From Kineococcus radiotolerans SRS30216 = ATCC BAA-149 (lineage in GTDB: Bacteria > Actinomycetota > Actinomycetes > Actinomycetales > Kineococcaceae), in NCBI RefSeq assembly GCF_000017305.1, contig NC_009664.2, positions 2,490,001-2,522,000 of the forward strand: 32,000 bases of DNA, read 5' to 3'. The stretch's first letter is position 1. Every line of letters starts with the position of its first letter. The notes below the pieces were generated by a model, which had not been told where the DNA came from, made no database searches, and saw only the letters and a program-made list of their open reading frames with translations. Of the stretch, positions 21,554-27,855 are shown piece by piece. The translations under genes and the position numbers were made by a program.

Positions 21554-22048
21554 GTGGACCGGCTGCGTCCCGCGGACGAGGTGCGGGCGACGGCGCTGCG
21601 CGTCCTGGCGGACCAGCGGCGGGTCCTGCGCGCGGCGGGGGTCCCCGGGGAGCTGCTGCTCGTGGGGGGCAGCAGCGTCGCGGGCGGGTTGACCCGCGGC
21701 GACGTCGACCTGCACCTGCGCGTCCCCGTCCCCGCGTGGACGGCGGCGACGACGCGGCTGCGGGAACTGCTGCCCGTGGTGCACCCGGAGATCTGGAAGC
21801 CCACCCTCGCGACGTTCGCGGTCCCCGGGACCCCGCTGCCCACGGGGCTGGCGGCCACCCCGGCGGGTTCGGAGCACGACCTGCGGTTCACCCGCACCTG
21901 GGCGCTGCTGCGGGCCGACCCGCAGCTGCTGGCCCGCCTCGACGCGGTCAAGCGCAGCGCCCGCGCGCAGGACTACGAGCGGGTCAAGTCGGAGTTCTTC
22001 GACGACCTGCTGCGCCGCCGGCCCGACCACCCCGCCGGCGGGTCCTGA
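21554..22048 (+). CDS. GrpB-like nucleotidyltransferase-fold protein
   Basis: Minimal NTase signature GGSSVAGGLTRGDVDLHLRV (G-S ... D-x-D). The C-terminal LRFTRTWALLRADPQLLARLDAVKRSA..DYERVKSEFFDDLL parallels the GrpB pattern (..FRD.Lr..p.l...Y..lK......Y...K..F...). Confidence 0.55.
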   Translation: MDRLRPADEVRATALRVLADQRRVLRAAGVPGELLLVGGSSVAGGLTRGDVDLHLRVPVPAWTAATTRLRELLPVVHPEIWKPTLATFAVPGTPLPTGLAATPAGSEHDLRFTRTWALLRADPQLLARLDAVKRSARAQDYERVKSEFFDDLLRRRPDHPAGGS

Positions 22049-22151
22049 CCGGGCGGCTCGGCGCGGTCCGCAGCGGGGTCCGCGGGTCGCCCGTCGTCCC
22101 CCCCCCGTTCCCGATCGCCCGGAGGTGGCGGCGCAGGCCGTGGAGCACGCG

Positions 22152-23045
22152 TCAGGCGGAGGGGGCGAGGCTGGAGGGGCCGCTGGAGAGGACCGCGGCG
22201 GCCAGGGCGCGGGAGGCGGGCCGGTCCCGCGTCCGGGGGTTGGTCAGCAGCACCAGGTCGATCTGCCCGAGCTCGGGCAGCTTGTGCTGCGGGCCCAGCG
22301 CCACCAGCTGCACCGGCACCAGCGAGCTGGCCAGGCAGGACACCCCGATCCCCGAGGCGACCGCGGCGATGAGGCCGTTCACCCCGCGGCACACGCACGC
22401 CGAGCGGTAGCCGATGCCCACCCGGTCCAGGGCCTCGTGCATCGCGGCCCCGCTGATCGAGGGCGAAGGGTAGACCGCCAGCGGCACCGGCTGGCTGAGG
22501 TCCAGGCGGGTGGAGGAGTTGCCCACCCACACCAGGCGTTCGCGCCGCACCAGCTTGCCCTCCCCCGAGCGGGGCGGGCGCTTGCCGATGAAGATGTCCA
22601 GCCGGTCGTTCTCCAGGCGGCGGTGCAGGGTCCCCGACTGGTCCACCGTCAGTTCGAGGTCGACGCGCGGGTTCTCCCCGCGGAAGTCGCGCAGGATCGC
22701 CGGCAGGCGGGTCAGGGCGAGGTCGTCGGACATCCCGATCCGCAACCGGCCCACCGGGCGCGCCCCGGTGAAGTACGCCGCGGCCTGCTCGTGGGAGGCC
22801 AGGATCGAGCGGGCGAAACCGATCATCGCCTCCCCGTCGGGCGTCAGCGTCACCGAGTGGGTGTCGCGGTGGACGAGCTGGCGGCCCACGGCGTCCTCCA
22901 GCTTGCGCACGTGCTGGCTCACCGTGGACTGGCGGACCCCCAGCCGGGCGGCGGCCTGGGTGAAGGAGTGCGTCTGCGCCACGGCGAGGAAGGTGCGCAG
23001 CTGCACCGGCTCGAACGTCGTCGTGGGGCCCTGGCCCGTGGTCAT
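22152..23045 (-). CDS. LysR-family transcriptional regulator
   Basis: N-terminal HTH LRTFLAVAQTHSFTQAAARLGVRQSTVSQHVRKLE, a typical LysR substrate-binding C-terminal half, and divergence from an MFS gene. Confidence 0.9.
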   Translation of the reverse strand: MTTGQGPTTTFEPVQLRTFLAVAQTHSFTQAAARLGVRQSTVSQHVRKLEDAVGRQLVHRDTHSVTLTPDGEAMIGFARSILASHEQAAAYFTGARPVGRLRIGMSDDLALTRLPAILRDFRGENPRVDLELTVDQSGTLHRRLENDRLDIFIGKRPPRSGEGKLVRRERLVWVGNSSTRLDLSQPVPLAVYPSPSISGAAMHEALDRVGIGYRSACVCRGVNGLIAAVASGIGVSCLASSLVPVQLVALGPQHKLPELGQIDLVLLTNPRTRDRPASRALAAAVLSSGPSSLAPSA

Positions 23046-23074
23046 GGTCTCCGCCCCGTCGCGCGTCCCGGACG

Positions 23075-23095
23075 GTCATCACGACACGTGATGAC
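23075..23095. promoter_or_regulatory. perfect 21-bp palindrome, a candidate LysR operator (contains a T-N11-A core)
   Basis: GTCATCACG-ACA-CGTGATGAC. The inner TCACGACACGTGA fits T-N11-A. It lies 30 bp upstream of the LysR ATG (23045) in the divergent intergenic region. Confidence 0.5.
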
Positions 23096-23186
23096 TGATA
23101 AGCCGTCCACCGAGCTGCAGCGTAGCGGCCGAGGCCCCGATGATGGGAGGACGCAACGAGACGGTCAGCACGAGAGGCACCAGGTC

Positions 23187-24482
23187 GTGACACCGGCAGC
23201 CGCCGACGCAGCAGCGCAGGACACCCCCACCGCCCCGGGCCCCGCGAGAGGACGCGCCACCTTCGCGGCCCTGCGCGTGCGGAACTTCCGGATCTACGTC
23301 ACGGGGCAGCTGTTCGCCAACACCGGCGTCTGGGTGCAGAACATCGCCCTCGACTGGCTGACCCTGGAACTCACGCACTCCCCGGCCGCCGTCGGCATCG
23401 CGATGGCCCTGCAGTTCCTCCCGATCCTGCTGTTCGGGATGCACGGCGGGATGATCGCCGACCGCTACCCCAAGCGGAACATCCTCCTCGTCACCCAGTT
23501 GTGCAGCGCCTCCGTCGCCGCCACCCTCGCCGTGCTCACGATCTCCGGGCGCATCAGCGTCACCGCCATCTACGTCCTCGCCGTCGTCGGCGGGCTCGTC
23601 GTGGCCCTCGACAACCCCACCCGGCAGTCCTTCGTCGGCGAAGTCGTTCCCGCGCAGTACGTCCGCAACGCCATCGCGCTCAACGCGGCCGTCTTCCAGA
23701 CCACCCGCCTCGTCGGGCCGGCGGTGTCCAGCGTCCTCATCGGCACCGTCGGGACGGGCTGGGCCTTCGCCGTCAACGCGCTGCTCTACCTCGGGCCCAC
23801 CGTCACGCTCTCGACGATGCGGACCGCCGAACTGCAACCGGTCCACGCGATCCCGCGGGCCAAGGGGCAGTTGCGCTCGGCGCTGCGCTACGTCGCCGAC
23901 CGTCCCCACGTCGGGTGGACCATCGCCCTCGTGGGGGTGTTCGGCACGTTCGGCCTGAACTTCCCCGTCGTCCTCACCGCCATGGCCTCGGAGACCTTCC
24001 ACGCCGGGGCCGGGTTGTACGGGACGTTCAACGTCGTCCTCGCCGTCGGTTCCGTGGTGGGCGCCCTGATCGCCGGGGGCCGCACCCGCACCCGGCTGCG
24101 GCTCATCCTCGTCCTCGCCGCCTGCTTCGGCGCGGCCCAGACCCTCGCCGCGTTCGCCCCCAACCTCACCGTCTTCGTCGTGGTGCTCGTGGCGATGGGG
24201 GTCAGCAACCTCGCGTTCCAGGCCATCGCGAACTCCTCCGTCCAGCTCTGGGTCGACCCGGAGTACCGCGGGCGGGTCATGGGCCTCTACGTCCTGGTGT
24301 TCATGGGCGGCACCCCGATCGGCGGCCCGATCACCGGCTGGATCACCGAGCACGTCGGTGTGCGCGCGGGCATGGCGGTCTGCGGGCTGGTGCCCCTGGC
24401 CGCGGCCCTGGCCGTGGCCGCGGTGCTCGCGCTGCGCCCCGTCCTCGCCCGGCGCCGGGAGGCCGCGGCGCTCGCCGGCTGA
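23187..24482 (+). CDS. MFS transporter (EntS/'transmembrane secretion effector'-like subfamily)
   Basis: Twelve-helix-type hydrophobic pattern. The N-terminus ALRVRNFRIYVTGQLFANTGVWVQNIALDWL and GMHGGMIADRYPKR are typical of this MFS subfamily. GTG 23187 is preferred because ATG 23091 lies inside the palindrome only 45 bp from the LysR start. Both are in frame with track ORF 22125..24482, whose 5' part is antisense to the LysR gene. Confidence 0.8.
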   Translation: MTPAAADAAAQDTPTAPGPARGRATFAALRVRNFRIYVTGQLFANTGVWVQNIALDWLTLELTHSPAAVGIAMALQFLPILLFGMHGGMIADRYPKRNILLVTQLCSASVAATLAVLTISGRISVTAIYVLAVVGGLVVALDNPTRQSFVGEVVPAQYVRNAIALNAAVFQTTRLVGPAVSSVLIGTVGTGWAFAVNALLYLGPTVTLSTMRTAELQPVHAIPRAKGQLRSALRYVADRPHVGWTIALVGVFGTFGLNFPVVLTAMASETFHAGAGLYGTFNVVLAVGSVVGALIAGGRTRTRLRLILVLAACFGAAQTLAAFAPNLTVFVVVLVAMGVSNLAFQAIANSSVQLWVDPEYRGRVMGLYVLVFMGGTPIGGPITGWITEHVGVRAGMAVCGLVPLAAALAVAAVLALRPVLARRREAAALAG

Positions 24483-24566
24483 ACCCCCTCCGGAGCCCCG
24501 CCCGCGCCACCGCGGCGCGACCCTCCCGGTGACCGTGCGTCCCTGTGGACGGACTCCGCCGCCCCC

Positions 24567-24590
24567 GCCGGAACCGGGTTAGGTTCCGGC
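24567..24590 (+). terminator. hairpin between the MFS gene and the toxin-like gene (terminator or insulator candidate)
   Basis: Perfect 9-bp stem GCCGGAACC / GGTTCCGGC with the 6-nt loop GGGTTA. It lies 85 nt after the MFS stop and ends a few nt before the G-rich SD of the next gene. Confidence 0.35.
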
Positions 24591-24609
24591 GACCGGGAGG
24601 GGGGTCCGC

Positions 24610-25866
24610 GTGGACGAGTTGTCGACGTCGTCGCCGGCGGCGGCCGACGCCGCGGCGCTCACCGCGCGCGCGACCGCCCGCGACGCCACCGCCGTCCGCG
24701 ACCGCGTGGACGTCGCGGTCGCGGCGCTGGAGGGCTGGTACGGCCCCGCCCGGGACGGTTTCTCCGCCCGCGTCTCGCAGGTGCGGGACGAGCTCGACGC
24801 GCTGTCGTCGACCGCGGCGGCCGGGGCGGCGCTGATCGAGGAGCACGCCCGGCGGCTGTCGATGCTGCGCGCGAAGCTGGCGGGGATCGACGCGGAGACC
24901 GCCCGGCTGCAGCGGCGGGTGGACGCCGGCGTCGTCGACCTCGCGGCCTGGCAGGGGGACTGGGCGCAGCTCGAGCGCTGGCAGGACAGCCGGCACCGGG
25001 TGCTGGCGGAGTTCGACCAGGCCACCGAGGAGTTCGCGGCCCGGTTGTTCGCGGTGCTGGACCAGGTCCCGCACCGGCCCCGGCGCCTGGGGGAGCACGT
25101 CGACGACGCCGCGGCGACGGTGGCCGCGTCGGCCGGGGACGCGGCGTTCCTCGCGCTGGGCTGGACCGAGGACGGCCCCGGCTGGCGGGCGGCCTGGCAG
25201 CAGGTGCCGGCCGCCGCGGTGGACGCGGCCACCCACCCCGTGGCCACCCTCGCCGACGCGGTCGCCTGGGACGACTGGACGCAGGGCCGCTACGGCGCGG
25301 GCGCGGCCACGCTGGGGATGGCCGCCGTCGGCCGGGGGATCGGGCGGGGGATCGGGCGGGGCGCTCCGCCGGGCGTGGCGCGCCCGGCGGGACGCCGGTG
25401 GGCGCGCCACCTCGACGCGCGGGGGAACCCGCTCCCGCAGTCGCTGGAGGACCTGCTGGCGGGGGTGGACCTGGAGCGCAGCGAGGTGTTCCCCTCCGCG
25501 CACACGCTGAGCCGGCACGTGGAGGTGGATGATGAGTTCCTGCGGAACCGCCTCAGGACCGGTGAGGTGGAGGGCGGTGCCGTGCGCCGGGCCCCGGACA
25601 CCGTCTCGCGGTGGAAGGACCGGGAGACGGCCGAGGAGGTCGTCACCGCGGCGTTGCGGACCCGCCGGGCCGGCGTCGAGGCCGCGGCGGGCACGGGGGT
25701 GCGCGACGTCCGGGTGGAGGCACCGGCCCCCGCGGACAGCGGGACGATCTGGACGAGGAGCAGCGGTGGCGAAGCGGTCCGCAGGAACCCCTCGAGGGTG
25801 GTCGTGGTCCTGACGCGCGCGGACGACGGGTCGTGGTTCGTGCGCACGTCCTACCTGGAGGTGTGA
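24610..25866 (+). CDS. polymorphic-toxin-like protein: WXG100-like N-terminal helical domain plus C-terminal RNase-A-like (CdiA-CT Y. kristensenii type) toxin domain
   Basis: GTG start with GGGAGGGGGG 5 nt upstream. WXG motif EGWYGPARDGF (W at 24736-24738). C-terminal 123 aa (25495-25863): AHTLSRHVEVDDEFLRNRL...SRWKDRETAEEVVTAAL...RVVVVLTRADDGSWFVRTSYLEV. Domain calls are by motif recollection only. Confidence 0.6.
   Translation: MDELSTSSPAAADAAALTARATARDATAVRDRVDVAVAALEGWYGPARDGFSARVSQVRDELDALSSTAAAGAALIEEHARRLSMLRAKLAGIDAETARLQRRVDAGVVDLAAWQGDWAQLERWQDSRHRVLAEFDQATEEFAARLFAVLDQVPHRPRRLGEHVDDAAATVAASAGDAAFLALGWTEDGPGWRAAWQQVPAAAVDAATHPVATLADAVAWDDWTQGRYGAGAATLGMAAVGRGIGRGIGRGAPPGVARPAGRRWARHLDARGNPLPQSLEDLLAGVDLERSEVFPSAHTLSRHVEVDDEFLRNRLRTGEVEGGAVRRAPDTVSRWKDRETAEEVVTAALRTRRAGVEAAAGTGVRDVRVEAPAPADSGTIWTRSSGGEAVRRNPSRVVVVLTRADDGSWFVRTSYLEV
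25333..25361 (+). repeat. 12-bp tandem repeat (about 2.4 copies) encoding GRGIGRGIGRG in the toxin linker
   Basis: CGGGGGATCGGG (25333-25344), CGGGGGATCGGG (25345-25356), then CGGGG. It is in frame and lies between the N-terminal region and the C-terminal toxin domain. Confidence 0.8.
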
Positions 25867-25867
25867 C

Positions 25868-26743
25868 GTGGGGATCGTGACCTCACCCGTGGCCCACGCC
25901 TACGGCGACGGCGACCCGCGGTTGTGCGCGCGCGACGACCTGGAGTGGGTCCTCACCCACCAGGCCGTCGACCCCGCCCGCGAGCGCGACGCCTGGCGGG
26001 AGGTCCTCCGGGCCGCCCGGGCGGGCGACTACGCGCACGTGGTGCGCACCGCGGGCCGCGTCAACCGGGCCGAACCGCCCGAGGGGAACTCGTGGTCCCG
26101 CTGGGCGCAGTGGGTGGACCTGCGGCTGTCGGAACTGGCCGACGACCCCTCCCGGGTCGTGGACCTCCCCCGCGAGGACGAGCCGTGGCGGCTGCGGGAG
26201 GGGGTCCTGGACCCCGCCGCGCGCGACGTCGTCCAGCGCGCCCTGGCCGCGACGCCGGTGCCGGCGGGGGACTCCCGGCGCGACCACGTCGTCGTCGAAA
26301 CCCCCGCGCCCGTCGGGCTCGCCGTGCGCCTGGACCGCACCACGGGCGACGTCGCGCAGGTCGCGACCGCCCGGCTGGGGGTCGTGCTGGAACGGACCGA
26401 CCGGGTCCGCGTCCTCGGGGTGCACGCCGCGGACGCGGTGGAGGACCCGCGCACGGCGGGGTGGCGGGAGCGGTGGCCGAGCCTGGCCTCCGCCCTGGGG
26501 GGCTGGTTCAGCCAGTCGGGGCTGGGGCGGTACGAGCCGCAGGCGGCGCAGGCGGCCATGCTGCGGCAGGAGAGCGACGAGCGCCTCGAGCGCGTCGCCG
26601 CCGAGGCGGCGGAACTGCTGACCCTCGGCGACGAGGACGTGCGCGCGGTCGTCGTGGCGTTCGGGTGCTGCGTCGAACCGTCCTACCTGCGCTCCTGGCT
26701 GGGGTGGATGGTCTGGCGCATCGGCTACTTCGACTGGAAGTGA
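25868..26743 (+). CDS. putative immunity protein: unknown ~200-aa N-terminal domain plus C-terminal CdiI-like ('CDI system immunity protein') domain
   Basis: The GTG starts 1 nt after the toxin TGA, and GGAGG lies inside the toxin's 3' end, 7 nt upstream. G/C third-position bias runs along the whole ORF. The last ~90 aa are SLASALGGWFSQSG...RVAAEAAELLTLGDED...FGCCVEPSYLRSWLGWMVWRIGYFDW. These resemble the small immunity family I recall with consensus ..LLGAYFHQDW....EI..LL.....LGCYY.P.....WL. Confidence 0.5.
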   Translation: MGIVTSPVAHAYGDGDPRLCARDDLEWVLTHQAVDPARERDAWREVLRAARAGDYAHVVRTAGRVNRAEPPEGNSWSRWAQWVDLRLSELADDPSRVVDLPREDEPWRLREGVLDPAARDVVQRALAATPVPAGDSRRDHVVVETPAPVGLAVRLDRTTGDVAQVATARLGVVLERTDRVRVLGVHAADAVEDPRTAGWRERWPSLASALGGWFSQSGLGRYEPQAAQAAMLRQESDERLERVAAEAAELLTLGDEDVRAVVVAFGCCVEPSYLRSWLGWMVWRIGYFDWK

Positions 26744-26747
26744 CGTA

Positions 26748-26772
26748 CGGCCCGGACCGCGCCGGCGGGCCG
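26748..26772. terminator. weak hairpin between convergent genes
   Basis: 7-bp stem CGGCCCG / CGGGCCG with an 11-nt loop, in the 40-bp gap between the stops at 26743 (+) and 26784 (-). Confidence 0.25.
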
Positions 26773-26783
26773 GGAGGTCGGGT

Positions 26784-27740
26784 CTAAAGGTCGGGGGCGA
26801 CGAGGACCTCGAAGGCGTCGAGCTCGGCGAGGAACTCCTCGCGCACCTGCTCGCCCGCCCACGAGATCTCGATGGCGTTGCGCTGCAACCGGATGATCTC
26901 GTCGAAGGTCAGGTCCGCCTCGCGGGTCAGGGCCACCACGTTCTCCGTCGCGTACCCGCCGGAGCGGGCGGGGCGGCCGGAGCCCACCGCGACCTTCACG
27001 CCGCGGCGCAGCAGGTCGGCGATCACGGGGGCCCGGGAGTCGCCGGTGGCGGCGGCGTTCGACAGCGGGGAGCACGTCAGCCCCGTCCCCCGCTCGAGCA
27101 CCAGCGCCAGCAGTCGCGGGTCCCCGGCGACGTCGGTGCCGTGGTCGAGGCGGTCCACTCCGACGTCCTCCAGCAGCCGGCGCAGGTGCCCGGGGGCGTC
27201 GCCCCGGGCGGGGTCGCCGTGCGCGCTCAGCGCGAACCCGGCGGCGCGGGCCCGGGCGAGCAGGGGCGCGAACGCCGCCGGGGCGTCGTCCCGCGCGCCG
27301 GACCCCAGGCCGACGCCCATGATCTCCTCGCGGAACCCCGTCGCCGCCTCGAGCGCCGCCTCGGCGCTCTCCAGCGGCAGGTCGCGCACCAGGGACAGCA
27401 CCAGGCCCACGCTCAGCCCGAGGTCGCGCCGCGCCTGCGCGGCGGCGTCGTGCAGGCCGAGGACGACGTCCTCGAACGCCACCCCCCGCGCGAGGTGCAC
27501 CTGCGCGTCGAAGGACACCTCGGCGTGCCGGACGTCCTGGGCCGCGAGCCGCCGGAAGCACGCCGCCGCCAGGTCGTGGAAGTCCGCGCGGGTGACCAGG
27601 ACCTCCACCGCCGTCCCCCGGGCGGGGTCGACCCCGTTGCGGCGGGCGAGCTCCCGCTCCAGGTCCGGTTCCAGGGCCCCCTCCAGGTGCAGGTGCAGCT
27701 CGACCTTGGGGATCCCGGCGGTGAAGGCGGCGTGTTCCAC
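26784..27740 (-). CDS. adenosine/adenine deaminase-family protein with degenerate active-site motifs
   Basis: The start is refined to GTG 27740 (in frame with track ORF 26784..27809). N-terminal metal motif PKVELHLHLEG and family-typical blocks are present (VRHAEVSFDAQVH, IMGVGLGSG, DRLDHG, LTCSPLSN, GGYATENVVAL). However, HAGE is AHGD (27213-27224) and (S/T)DDP is SGRP (26970-26981). Confidence 0.75.
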   Translation of the reverse strand: MEHAAFTAGIPKVELHLHLEGALEPDLERELARRNGVDPARGTAVEVLVTRADFHDLAAACFRRLAAQDVRHAEVSFDAQVHLARGVAFEDVVLGLHDAAAQARRDLGLSVGLVLSLVRDLPLESAEAALEAATGFREEIMGVGLGSGARDDAPAAFAPLLARARAAGFALSAHGDPARGDAPGHLRRLLEDVGVDRLDHGTDVAGDPRLLALVLERGTGLTCSPLSNAAATGDSRAPVIADLLRRGVKVAVGSGRPARSGGYATENVVALTREADLTFDEIIRLQRNAIEISWAGEQVREEFLAELDAFEVLVAPDL

Positions 27741-27782
27741 GGACGCATCCTGCCCCGCGCGCCCCGGGGCGGCGCGGCGCGG

Positions 27783-27815
27783 CGCAACACGACCGCAACA
27801 CCGCCGCAACCCGCG
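27783..27815. repeat. three direct repeats with an 11-bp period in a divergent promoter region
   Basis: CGCAACACGAC / CGCAACACCGC / CGCAACCCGCG, with CGCAAC cores at 27783, 27794 and 27805. They lie between the deaminase-like start (27740, -) and the esterase-like start (27856, +). Confidence 0.7.
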
Positions 27816-27855
27816 AGGTCACCCGGGCGCGCAGGATCGGTCCCGAGGAGGTCCC

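Noticed and set aside
20128-21951. 607-aa minus-strand ORF and 427-aa/300-aa alternative-frame ORFs over the acidic-protein gene
   Set aside because: These have shadow-ORF composition (R/G/P/A-rich or S/T/A-rich). The plus-frame 20323..21543 has the consistent codon bias and a sensible operon partner.
22125-23186. 5' extension of the 785-aa track ORF that ends as the MFS transporter
   Set aside because: The extension is antisense to the LysR gene and crosses the divergent intergenic palindrome. The MFS-type sequence begins only after about 23190.
25333-27815. Considered whether the 12-bp (25333-25361) and 11-bp (27783-27815) tandem repeats could be CRISPR-like or minisatellite arrays
   Set aside because: There are only 2-3 copies with no spacers. 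One lies inside a CDS and in frame, the other in a promoter region. Neither is a CRISPR array.
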